DNA of 47,496 nucleotides from a virus. Taxonomy: Duplodnaviria; Caudoviricetes. Positions 1 to 7,998 of this stretch are shown in pieces. The translations under genes and the position numbers were made by a program. Under the pieces are notes generated by a model. It did not search any database. It was not told where the DNA came from and worked only from the letters and a program-made list of their open reading frames with translations. Each line of letters starts with the position of its first letter. Position 1 is the stretch's first letter. The DNA lies in IMG/VR virus record IMGVR_UViG_3300045580_000138, positions 1 through 47,496 of that record. The stretch is one strand, 5' to 3'.

Positions 1-2
1 CC

Positions 3-509
3 TACGTTAACTACCAGCAGCTTCCCACGACATACACCGGAGGCGTGGCACCTTCTCAGCCCATCACAGATTACATCTATGGCGGGTATGCAGATGGTGG
101 CGCAATTACTGAAAAGTTTGGCCCTAATACGGGGGATGAAATGGCAAAGCTGTTTAAGCTTGCCCTTAGCATTGCCCCGCGTGGGGAGGCTCAAATGCGC
201 GGCGCTGAGAAAATCATGCAACAGATGCGCGAAAGGTACAACGCGCCTGAAGCGTCCGCTACTACTGCCGCTCCTCAGCCTATGCCGCAGCAGACTGCCC
301 CATTCCAGCCGCCGCAGTACCAGCAGGCCCCCGCGCAGCAGCCAAGCCCTAATATTACGGCGTTTAACAACCAGCAGGGCGTTGGCAACATGTTTACAGC
401 CCCCTTTAGGTCTGTCCCCGGCATGTATGCCAATGGCGGGGCTGCAAAATCGCGGGGTAATGGAGACAGGATTGACGCAGCCATCAGGTTGGCAAAACTC
501 TTTTCGTAA
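3..509 (+). CDS. 5'-truncated Q/P-rich putative internal virion protein with YA(D/N)GG motifs
   Basis: Frame is open from position 3, so the 45 start is artificial; YADGG and YANGG motifs; C-terminal IDAAIRLAK. Confidence 0.7.
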   Translation, partial: YVNYQQLPTTYTGGVAPSQPITDYIYGGYADGGAITEKFGPNTGDEMAKLFKLALSIAPRGEAQMRGAEKIMQQMRERYNAPEASATTAAPQPMPQQTAPFQPPQYQQAPAQQPSPNITAFNNQQGVGNMFTAPFRSVPGMYANGGAAKSRGNGDRIDAAIRLAKLFS

Positions 510-551
510 ACCAAGAAACGCAGTACACTGAGCGTACCAAGGAGACACAAC

Positions 552-2036
552 ATGGAATACCGGAAGCAGGCTAAGGCCGCGATGAACGACAAAATCAGCC
601 GCTTGACCGCGCCGCTCAAAGGCCCGGTTGATGCCTCTGGTTGGGAGGTTTATGACCCCCTGAATGCTGATGTTAAAACGGGTATGCGCCCGGTTTCGCG
701 CCGCGCTTACAAGAAGGGCGGCAAGGTAGAAGCCAAGCCTGAAGGTAAGATGTGCGGTGGCCGCGCTGACCGTAAGGCGCGTAAGGATGGCGGCAAGGCT
801 GCTACACCCAACAACCTGATTAACCGCAATGTGAAGGAAGCCAATCAGGAACGCGATGGCATCAAGCACGTTGGTGGCCTGAAGACTGGTGGCCGCGCCA
901 AGAAGTACGTTGGCGGCGGTATGCCTTACGGCGGTGCAAACTATGGCATCCCGCAGGGTTCCGGCACCAGCAAGATGCGCCAGATGGCTGGCTATAAGAA
1001 GGGCGGTAAGGTCACCAAGGAAGAGTGGGAACACTCCAAGGAAGACCTGAAGCAGGACAAGAAGCTGGCTAAGAAGCACGGCATGTCCATGGAGGCGTGG
1101 GAAAAGTCGAAGGCTGACAAGAAGCACGATGCCCAGCAGTCCACTAAGGGCTTGAAGAGCGGTGGCCGCGCAAAGAAGCAGGACGGCGGCATGACGGCTA
1201 AGGAAGCCGCTGCGATTATGTCCGGCTATGATCCTTACGATGACCGCGCCAAGGTTACGCCTGTGATGCCCAAGGTTATGCGCAAGGGAAAGGGCGACCT
1301 TGACCGCGCTGCTCTGGACCGCGCCAATATGGAAGTCATGCTCACGCAGGACCCGCTGGATGACCGCGCGCTGGTGACCCGCGAGGGCGACTATGACCGC
1401 TATGCCCCTTACAAGAAGGGTGGCAAGGTTGACCATGACGCCCACAAGGCGATTGGCCATGCTGTTGGCGCTGCCATGAAGGCGTATATTGGCAACGAAG
1501 AAAACGATGATGATGACGATGATGAGCGCAAGAAGCGCAAGTCTGGTGGCCGCGTAGCCAAGGCGTATGGCGGTGGGTTTGGCGAGGAAATGAACAATCC
1601 TAAGGCCAAGTCTGACAAGCCGTCCAAGGGCAGCAAGGTCCCGGTGATCAACATCACGATCAACTCCACCCCCAAGGCCCCTGAGCCTATGGTTCCGGGT
1701 GGCCCCACAATGCCGCTGGGAGCGCCGCCTGCGCCGCTTCCGCCTATGGCTGCAATGGGACCGCCGCCCGGTGGCCTTGGCGGTATGGGGCCTGCTATGG
1801 GCGCTGGTGCCCCTGATATGGGTGCCCCGCCGCCACCCATGCCGCTCCCCCGTAAGCGCGGTGGGCGTGCCATGACTGCTGGCGCTGGCTCTGGTGAGGG
1901 CCGTCTTCAGAAGATTGAGTGGTACGGTGCCCGCCCGCCCAAGAAGGCTGGCGGTGGCCTTGGCATGACGGCTGGTGCTGGTTCTGGCGAGGGGCGTCTT
2001 CAGAAGATTGACGCCTATGGCAAGAAGGCTTACTAA
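552..2036 (+). CDS. Basic K/G/P/M-rich low-complexity protein with about 13 xxGG motifs; putative internal head protein
   Basis: GGAG SD; repeated KKGGKV/KSGGRA; duplicated C-terminal MTAGAGSGEGRLQKI. Confidence 0.8.
   Translation: MEYRKQAKAAMNDKISRLTAPLKGPVDASGWEVYDPLNADVKTGMRPVSRRAYKKGGKVEAKPEGKMCGGRADRKARKDGGKAATPNNLINRNVKEANQERDGIKHVGGLKTGGRAKKYVGGGMPYGGANYGIPQGSGTSKMRQMAGYKKGGKVTKEEWEHSKEDLKQDKKLAKKHGMSMEAWEKSKADKKHDAQQSTKGLKSGGRAKKQDGGMTAKEAAAIMSGYDPYDDRAKVTPVMPKVMRKGKGDLDRAALDRANMEVMLTQDPLDDRALVTREGDYDRYAPYKKGGKVDHDAHKAIGHAVGAAMKAYIGNEENDDDDDDERKKRKSGGRVAKAYGGGFGEEMNNPKAKSDKPSKGSKVPVINITINSTPKAPEPMVPGGPTMPLGAPPAPLPPMAAMGPPPGGLGGMGPAMGAGAPDMGAPPPPMPLPRKRGGRAMTAGAGSGEGRLQKIEWYGARPPKKAGGGLGMTAGAGSGEGRLQKIDAYGKKAY
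1872..2011 (+). repeat. 47-nt direct repeat (1872-1918 and 1965-2011) encoding MTAGAGSGEGRLQKI
   Basis: The copies differ only at third codon positions. Confidence 0.9.
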
Positions 2037-2118
2037 GGCCGCGCTACAGGGGGCCTGTTGGCCGCACCGCAGGAAGTAGGCCGGAACGCTGGCCTCCCCC
2101 TGTGGCACCAAAGAAGAA

Positions 2119-2147
2119 GGCCGGGTTTCCCCGGCCTTTTTGTTTTT
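2119..2147 (+). terminator. Rho-independent terminator, possibly bidirectional
   Basis: GGCCGGG-TTTC-CCCGGCC followed by TTTTTGTTTTT; AAGAAGAA on the other side; lies between convergent genes. Confidence 0.85.
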
Positions 2148-2148
2148 G

Positions 2149-2340
2149 CTATCCACTCATCGCTTCATCTAGCGCCTGTGTCGTCCATACTGTGTTCAGG
2201 TGGATGACATCGTAATTGTGACCAAATGTTTTTTTGAGTTCTTCTGCGTACTTTTGCGCCTCTGATTGCTTGTTATACCGCGCATGAAACTGAGTGATTT
2301 CAAGTCCTTTTTTCACGACATAAAACATATTTTTCTCCAT
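2149..2340 (-). CDS. Small hypothetical protein; self-contained leftward cassette inside the head module
   Basis: 63-aa ORF with its own promoter/operator (2376-2404) and terminator. Confidence 0.65.
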   Translation of the reverse strand: MEKNMFYVVKKGLEITQFHARYNKQSEAQKYAEELKKTFGHNYDVIHLNTVWTTQALDEAMSG

Positions 2341-2375
2341 TTGGGGGTCAGAACCATTTCCGACCTAACGCACAC

Positions 2376-2404
2376 ATTATCCCATATCCGTGATGCGTTG
2401 TCAA
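2376..2404 (-). promoter_or_regulatory. Sigma70-type promoter with operator (site 1)
   Basis: TTGACA-17-GATAAT on - strand; TCCC-ATATCC-GTGA at 2380-2393. Confidence 0.75.
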
Positions 2405-2501
2405 GAGGAACATGTTCCTTGTTAATATCAGTGCATAAGTAATTTAACTTCTTGCTATGTAAATAGATTAACTTTGCGGCATTTACTACCTGTATCTTGC
2501 G

Positions 2502-2714
2502 ATGCAGACCTACGACACGTTTTGGCAGAAGATTTTTGCAAAGCGCCTTCAAGAGGCTGCGATGCGCGAAAGTGAGCGCATAGTCACGGGCAATGCTGAA
2601 AGCTTTGCGGACTACAAATTCCAAGCTGGCATTGTTCGCGGTCTGAACATCGCGTTTGAAATGATTGACGAAGTAAACACTGAAATCAGCAAGGCAGAAC
2701 AGGGGAGCAAGTAA
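2502..2714 (+). CDS. Hypothetical protein upstream of GroES
   Basis: 70 aa; TAATG overlap with the next gene. Confidence 0.7.
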   Translation: MQTYDTFWQKIFAKRLQEAAMRESERIVTGNAESFADYKFQAGIVRGLNIAFEMIDEVNTEISKAEQGSK

Positions 2715-3106
2715 TGCCCTACATGAGAATGGAACACGCCACTGATCCAGCGGACGAAATCCGCAAGGAAATGGGCGACATCAGCGACATTGAAATATTC
2801 CACAATCAGGTGCTGGTGGCCATCTACATCCGCCCTGAAAAGACGAAGAGTGGCCTGTATTTGTCCGCTCAGACCCGCGACGAAGACAAGTATCAGGGCA
2901 AGGTTGGTCTGATCATCAAGAAGGGTGCTGACGCCTTCATTGATGAGAGTGGCAAGTGGTTTAAGGGCGTGAAACTGGACGTTGGTGACTGGATTTACTT
3001 CCGCCCCAGTGACGGCTGGGCCATCACAGTCCACGGTCAGCTTTGCCGCATTCTTGATGACACAGACATTCGTGGGCGTGTTCCGGCCCCGGATAGCGTC
3101 TGGTAA
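2714..3106 (+). CDS. groES: GroES-like co-chaperonin
   Basis: EKTKSGLYL mobile loop, VGDWIYF, G..CRILDDTDIRG pattern of Cpn10. Confidence 0.85.
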   Translation: MPYMRMEHATDPADEIRKEMGDISDIEIFHNQVLVAIYIRPEKTKSGLYLSAQTRDEDKYQGKVGLIIKKGADAFIDESGKWFKGVKLDVGDWIYFRPSDGWAITVHGQLCRILDDTDIRGRVPAPDSVW

Positions 3107-3120
3107 CCCGGAGAAATCAA

Positions 3121-4011
3121 ATGGCAGATGAAGAAAAGCAGCAAGACGAAGAAATCGTTGTAGCTGCTCCTAAGGAAGAAGCAGAAGCGCCTGAAACGCC
3201 TGAAAAGTCTCCTGAAGACGTTGAAGAGGGCATTAAATCCCTCAAGCAACAGCTTGAACTGGAGCGTCAGGCCCGCGCTGAAGCAGAGCGCCGCGCGCGT
3301 GAAGCACAGAACACCGCTTCTCGCGCCTCTCTGGAGGTGCAGGATAGCAATCTTCAGCTAATTATGAGCGCGATTGATAGCGTTAAGCGCACAAATGACA
3401 TGCTGAAGCGTGATTATGCCACTGCCATGCAGGCTGGCGATTACGAAACAGCCGCTGAAATCCAGTCGAACATGTCTATCAACGGGGCAAAACTGCTTCA
3501 GCTTGAGAATGGCAGGAGCGCACTGGAGCAGAGGCTGGCAAATCCGCCTAAACCTGAGCCTGAAGCGCCTCAGGACCCGGTGGAAGCCATCGCATCGCAG
3601 CTTTCTCCGCGCTCTGCGGCGTGGGTAAGGGCGCATCCTGAGTGCGTTAAGGACCGCCGCCTCTACATGAAGATGATTGGGGCGCATAATATCGCGGTTG
3701 CGGACGGTTTTCAGGCTGATACTGATGAATATTTCGCGGAAATTGAGCGCCAGATGGGCTACCGCAAGCCTCAGACGGCTGTTCAGACGGAATATGACGA
3801 TGAACCCATGTCTGCGGCAGCAAAACCCATGACTAGGAAGCCTCCCCCGCCCGCTGCGCCGTCCTCTCGCACAGCTTCTAACGGCACTGGCGGCAGAAAT
3901 ACCGTTACGCTGAACCGCGAAGAGCGTGAAATGGCGTCAATCATGGGCATGACCCCTGAAGAGTACGCCAAAAACAAGATTGCGCTGAAGAAAGAAGGGA
4001 AAATCAACTAA
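3121..4011 (+). CDS. Putative capsid scaffolding protein
   Basis: Acidic N-terminus, coiled coil, C-terminal L..EEREMA..MGMTPEEYAK; located upstream of the capsid genes. Confidence 0.7.
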   Translation: MADEEKQQDEEIVVAAPKEEAEAPETPEKSPEDVEEGIKSLKQQLELERQARAEAERRAREAQNTASRASLEVQDSNLQLIMSAIDSVKRTNDMLKRDYATAMQAGDYETAAEIQSNMSINGAKLLQLENGRSALEQRLANPPKPEPEAPQDPVEAIASQLSPRSAAWVRAHPECVKDRRLYMKMIGAHNIAVADGFQADTDEYFAEIERQMGYRKPQTAVQTEYDDEPMSAAAKPMTRKPPPPAAPSSRTASNGTGGRNTVTLNREEREMASIMGMTPEEYAKNKIALKKEGKIN

Positions 4012-4571
4012 TGTCTGAGCAAACAGGAAAGAAAGCCCCCCGCGACCCCATTCCGCGCCCTAATTTCGAGGAAAAGCGCGAGGAAATGCGTTCTGCACCC
4101 CGCGAAGATGACCCGCGCTCCCGTGCTGAGAGGCGTGCTGCTGAAATCCGTAAGCACCTTGAGGGTGACAATATGGATGGCGCAGACCGCTTCTATATCA
4201 ACCCTCATTCCATCCCTGATGGGTGGTCCTATGAGTGGAAGCGCAAGACAATCTGGGGCAAGGAAGACCCGGCGCATGAGGTTGAGCTTGCGCGCAAGGG
4301 CTGGGAGCCTGTCCCGGCGTCACGCCACCCTGAAATGATGCCCAAGGGCAACTGGCAGACGATTGAGCGCGATGGCATGATTCTCATGGAGCGCCCTAAG
4401 GTGCTGACGGATGAGGCCCACAACAGCAATCTCCGCAATGCCCGTCTTCAGGTAAAAGCCAAGGAGGCCCAGCTTAATCAGGCTCCTGATGGCACGTTTG
4501 AGCGCGATGACCCGCGCGTCAGGCCGTCTATCAAGAAGTCTTATCAGGCGATGCCAATTAGCGAAGAGTAA
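4011..4571 (+). CDS. Head-module hypothetical protein (GWEPV motif)
   Basis: PDGWSYEWKR...GWEPV...GMILMERP; translationally coupled to the scaffold gene. Confidence 0.75.
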   Translation: MSEQTGKKAPRDPIPRPNFEEKREEMRSAPREDDPRSRAERRAAEIRKHLEGDNMDGADRFYINPHSIPDGWSYEWKRKTIWGKEDPAHEVELARKGWEPVPASRHPEMMPKGNWQTIERDGMILMERPKVLTDEAHNSNLRNARLQVKAKEAQLNQAPDGTFERDDPRVRPSIKKSYQAMPISEE

Positions 4572-4594
4572 GCTTTATTTCGTGAGAGGCTGGT

Positions 4595-4627
4595 AAGCGC
4601 CGTCATTAACTTGGCGGCGTTTATTTT
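4595..4627 (+). terminator. Rho-independent terminator
   Basis: GCGCCGTCA...TGGCGGCGT followed by TTATTTT. Confidence 0.7.
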
Positions 4628-4632
4628 ATGTA

Positions 4633-4661
4633 TTGTCAAGTAAAGATTTGCGGTTTATACA
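4633..4661 (+). promoter_or_regulatory. Candidate promoter for the capsid operon
   Basis: TTGTCA-17-TATACA. Confidence 0.45.
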
Positions 4662-4753
4662 TTAAACATTCCTTCCCGGCGAAGGATTAACCTTTGTTTG
4701 ATTGTCTCGCAGCCCGGTGCTGTTTTGGATGATCGTCCTTTAGGAGAACCGGG

Positions 4754-5338
4754 ATGCCCAATACTTACGCTCCCTTTGGCTTCCGCCAGTACAGCGGTGC
4801 TGGCTCTGCTCCCACCTATGAACAGGTGGCGATGAAGATCAAGTCTGACTACACAACAGCAATTTTCTTTGGCGATGCCGTGCTTCAGGACGCCAATGGG
4901 TACATCACCCGCGCTGGTGACGCTCCCACAACGCAGCTTGCTGGCGTGTTTCAGGGTTGCAAGTACCTCTCTGTGTCGCAGAAGCGCACGGTCTGGTCTA
5001 ACTACTGGCCGGGTTCTGACAACAATGGCGACATTGAAGCCTATGTTGTGAATGACCCCAATGCCCGGTTTGTTGTTCAGGCTGCTTCTGGCCTTAACAT
5101 CACACAGGCTGATGTTGGTGCGTCCATCTCGCTTGCCGGTGGTTCTGGTGGCAACACCAGCACGGGCATCTCTGGCATGTACGCAAACACTGTTGGAACG
5201 TCTTCTACGGCTCCGTTCCGCATTGTTAGCCTTGTCACTGATCCTCCGGGTTCCAATGGCACAGACACTGCCGCCAATGCCAATTACGTCATTGTTGGCT
5301 TCCTCAACGTCTCCACAAAGACGCTTGTGACGATCTAA
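4754..5338 (+). CDS. Capsid-associated (decoration/cement-like) protein
   Basis: AGGAG SD; N..APFGFR, IFFGD, GVFQGC, V.DP.ARF.VQ; directly upstream of the major capsid protein. Confidence 0.7.
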   Translation: MPNTYAPFGFRQYSGAGSAPTYEQVAMKIKSDYTTAIFFGDAVLQDANGYITRAGDAPTTQLAGVFQGCKYLSVSQKRTVWSNYWPGSDNNGDIEAYVVNDPNARFVVQAASGLNITQADVGASISLAGGSGGNTSTGISGMYANTVGTSSTAPFRIVSLVTDPPGSNGTDTAANANYVIVGFLNVSTKTLVTI

Positions 5339-5351
5339 GGAGTAAGCACCA

Positions 5352-6263
5352 ATGGCTGTTAATCTCTCTGCAATTAAGGACCTGCTCCTCCCCGGCCTTC
5401 GTGGTATCGAAGGCAAGTACGAGCAGATTCCTTCCCAGTACGACAAGATTTTCACCAAGCATGAAAGCCGCATGGCTCTGGAGCGCACCGCTGAGATGCG
5501 TTATCTGGGTCTTGCCCAGCTTAAGACAGAAGGTGGCCAGACCGCCTTCGACAACAATGCTGGTGAGCGTTACGTCTACAATCAGGAGCACACTGAAATT
5601 GCTCTTGGTTACGCAATCACCCGCAAGGCGATTGACGATAACCTCTACAAGACGCAGTTCCAGCCCTCCAACCTTGGCCTGATGGAAAGCTTCAATCAGA
5701 CGAAGGAAATCTACGGCGCGAACGTCATCAACACAGCCACAACGTATAATTCGTCTGTGGGCGGTGACGGTAAGGCCCTGATTGCCACTGATCACCCCAT
5801 TGACGGCGGCACGGTTGCCAATCGTCCTGCGACAGATGTGGAGCTTAACGAAGCTACCCTTCTCGCTGGTATGATCGCCATCCGTACAGCCTTCAAGGAT
5901 CAGGCTGGCCTCAAGGTGTTCGCCCGCGCCCGTAAGCTGCTGGTCCCGCCGCAGCTTGAGCCGGTTGCTATTCGCCTCACGAAGTCTGAACTGCGCCCCG
6001 GCACAGCGGACAACGATGTGAACGCGATTATCAGCACAAGCGGTGGTCTGCCGGAAGGCTACATGACCAACGACTACCTGACCTCTGCTACGGCGTGGTT
6101 CCTGCTCACGAACATTGACGGCCTCTCCTACATGGAGCGCGTTAAGTTCGAGACAGACATGCAGGTTGACTTTGTAACAGACAATCTGCTGGTCAAGGGC
6201 TACGAGCGTTACAGCTTTGGCTACTACAACTGGCGCAGTATTTGGGGTTCTCTGCCCACCTAA
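5352..6263 (+). CDS. Major capsid protein
   Basis: L.PGL..I.G.Y, K.EG, ALGYAITRKAIDDNLY, GDGKAL...HP, LLVPPQL, ERYSFG...WR.I.GS are typical of phage MCPs; strong codon bias. Confidence 0.9.
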   Translation: MAVNLSAIKDLLLPGLRGIEGKYEQIPSQYDKIFTKHESRMALERTAEMRYLGLAQLKTEGGQTAFDNNAGERYVYNQEHTEIALGYAITRKAIDDNLYKTQFQPSNLGLMESFNQTKEIYGANVINTATTYNSSVGGDGKALIATDHPIDGGTVANRPATDVELNEATLLAGMIAIRTAFKDQAGLKVFARARKLLVPPQLEPVAIRLTKSELRPGTADNDVNAIISTSGGLPEGYMTNDYLTSATAWFLLTNIDGLSYMERVKFETDMQVDFVTDNLLVKGYERYSFGYYNWRSIWGSLPT

Positions 6264-6270
6264 TAAGAGC

Positions 6271-6297
6271 GGCGGGGGCTACGGCTCCCGCCTTTCT
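6271..6297 (+). terminator. Terminator-like hairpin after the MCP gene with a C(UACG)G loop
   Basis: GGCGGGGGC-TACG-GCTCCCGCC-TTTCT; short U-tract. Confidence 0.7.
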
Positions 6298-6300
6298 CAT

Positions 6301-6364
6301 CTGGGGTAATTTCTATGCTGACCGTCCCAGCGGACTTTGCACAGACAGCATAGAGTAAGTGCAA
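6301..6364 (+). ncRNA. Candidate double-pseudoknot structured RNA in a 5' leader
   Basis: Pairings 6312-6320/6346-6354, 6301-6305/6326-6330, 6337-6342/6359-6364, 6322-6324/6331-6333. Confidence 0.65.
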
Positions 6365-6374
6365 GGAGGTTCTT

Positions 6375-6827
6375 ATGGGAACCACAACGTTTACCGGCCC
6401 TATTAAGGCTGGTGACATCCTTAACACCAGCGGGTCTACGCTGGGGCGGGATGTGAAGAACACTGGCTGGGTGCTGATGGCCCAGTCTGCCAATATTACG
6501 CAGGCCAGCGGTGCAACTGACATCGTTATCCCTGCCAACAGCCAGATTGTTGATATTAAGGTGTTTGTGACTGCTGTATTCAGCGGTGCTGCAACCACTT
6601 TTGGTATTGGCACAACTGCATCTGCCACGTTCCTTACGGCGGCTGGTGCGCTGGATGGTGCTGCGGTTGGCCCGCTGACGGCCACACCGGGCACTGATGC
6701 TACGCGCAACGGCAACTGGATTGATGTTGGCACGACTGACCGCAAGATCGCGGTTACTGCAACCAACACCGGAACTGGTACGGCCACGATTGTCGTGACC
6801 TATCTCCAGAACCGCAATCTCACCTAA
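6375..6827 (+). CDS. Putative minor capsid/decoration protein
   Basis: GGAGG SD; M..TTF.GPIKAG start, IPANSQIVDI, beta-rich; follows the MCP. Confidence 0.7.
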   Translation: MGTTTFTGPIKAGDILNTSGSTLGRDVKNTGWVLMAQSANITQASGATDIVIPANSQIVDIKVFVTAVFSGAATTFGIGTTASATFLTAAGALDGAAVGPLTATPGTDATRNGNWIDVGTTDRKIAVTATNTGTGTATIVVTYLQNRNLT

Positions 6828-6846
6828 TCTTTAAGGAGCAGGCAAA

Positions 6847-7095
6847 ATGGAAAAGATGAAGGGCGTGATGCCCAAGAAGGTTACCCCGGAACTGGTTGCG
6901 GGTAACAAGGATGTTGTCGCTGCTGCCCGCAAGGCCCGCAAGTATGGCGGCAAGGCTGGCAAGGGCAAGGACATGGGCAAGATGGGTGGCAAGATGGCTG
7001 CGATGCGTGCAGACCGCAAGCCGCGCCAGTCTGGCGGCATGTGTTCCTCTGACTGGACCGCTGCTCAGGGTGCGGGCCAGAAGCCTCGCGGCTAA
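6847..7095 (+). CDS. Small basic K/G/M-rich protein with xxGG motifs
   Basis: AGGAG SD; RADRKPRQSGG resembles RADRKARKDGG in 552..2036. Confidence 0.75.
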   Translation: MEKMKGVMPKKVTPELVAGNKDVVAAARKARKYGGKAGKGKDMGKMGGKMAAMRADRKPRQSGGMCSSDWTAAQGAGQKPRG

Positions 7096-7161
7096 ACCAA
7101 TTCCGGGTGCAAGCGACCTCCCCGCGAACGCCCGGATATAAGCCTCTGTGGTGGGGGCTAG

Positions 7162-7196
7162 AAAGGGCGGGGCCTCGTCAACCCCGTCCTTTTTTC
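7162..7196 (+). terminator. Rho-independent terminator
   Basis: GGGCGGGG...CCCCGTCC followed by TTTTTT. Confidence 0.8.
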
Positions 7197-7209
7197 TTAG
7201 GAGAATGCG

Positions 7210-7449
7210 ATGGCTAAAACGCCTGCATGGCAACGCAAAGAAGGCAAAAGCCCTACGGGTGGCTTGAATGCAAAGGGGCGTGCTAGCGCCAAGCGCGAAG
7301 GTATGAACCTGAAGCCTCCGCAGCCTGAAGGAGGGCCGCGCAAAAACAGTTTTTGTGCCCGTATGGGTGGGATGCCCGGACCCATGAAAGATGAAAATGG
7401 CAAGCCAACCCGCAAGGCTTTGGCGCTAAGAAAGTGGAAGTGTCCATGA
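7210..7449 (+). CDS. Small basic phage protein (DUF6321-like)
   Basis: AWQRKEGK..GGLNAKGRAS...SFCARM.G...ALRKWKC; family name from memory. Confidence 0.7.
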   Translation: MAKTPAWQRKEGKSPTGGLNAKGRASAKREGMNLKPPQPEGGPRKNSFCARMGGMPGPMKDENGKPTRKALALRKWKCP

Positions 7450-7607
7450 AACCAATTTGGGATAAGAAGCTTCCGGCTGACCACAAGTCAAAGCCAATGA
7501 AGAAAAAGCAGATTGAGCAGGCTAAAGCTAGGGCACGCGCTGCTGGACGCCCCTACCCAAATGCGGTAGACAATATTGCAGTATCGCGGCGTAAGAACGC
7601 CAAGTAA
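7446..7607 (+). CDS. 53-aa basic protein (not in the ORF track)
   Basis: ATGA overlap with the previous stop; MKPIWDKK...AKARARAAGRPYPNAVDN... Confidence 0.7.
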   Translation: MKPIWDKKLPADHKSKPMKKKQIEQAKARARAAGRPYPNAVDNIAVSRRKNAK

Positions 7608-7622
7608 TCATGGGGGCCTACA

Positions 7623-7946
7623 GTGGGCGTTAACACAATCAGCAAGACGGGTACTGGTTCCAGCACAATCTATGCTGTGGACTACTTCAAGAACCCGGTG
7701 AATATTGGCATTCAGGCTGTTCTTTCTGGCACTGCCACATACACAGTCGAATACACGCTGGATGACATCCTTGGGGCTGGCTTCAACCCCGCAACAGCAA
7801 CATGGACGGGTGCCACGGCTGACCTGACTGGGGCCTCTGCAAGCAAGAATGGCCTTCTGACGGTTCCCTGTCGCGGCATTCGCCTGACCATCGCATCCGG
7901 GTCTGGCACTGTCACAGCTACGATTTGTCAGGCCGGTATTGGCTAA
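7623..7946 (+). CDS. Small beta-rich putative virion protein
   Basis: ATYTVEYTLDD...W, P.RGIRL. Confidence 0.65.
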   Translation: MGVNTISKTGTGSSTIYAVDYFKNPVNIGIQAVLSGTATYTVEYTLDDILGAGFNPATATWTGATADLTGASASKNGLLTVPCRGIRLTIASGSGTVTATICQAGIG

Positions 7947-7998
7947 TCTGGCGTAAGCCGGGTTAGTTTTTGACGAAAACATTCTACAGGGACTTCAA

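Noticed and set aside
4655-5488. 277-aa - strand ORF and other long antisense ORFs over the capsid genes
   Set aside because: Shadows of well-supported + strand structural genes
6240-6266. Frameshift or read-through extension of the MCP
   Set aside because: Tandem TAA TAA stops followed by a hairpin; no clear slippery heptamer
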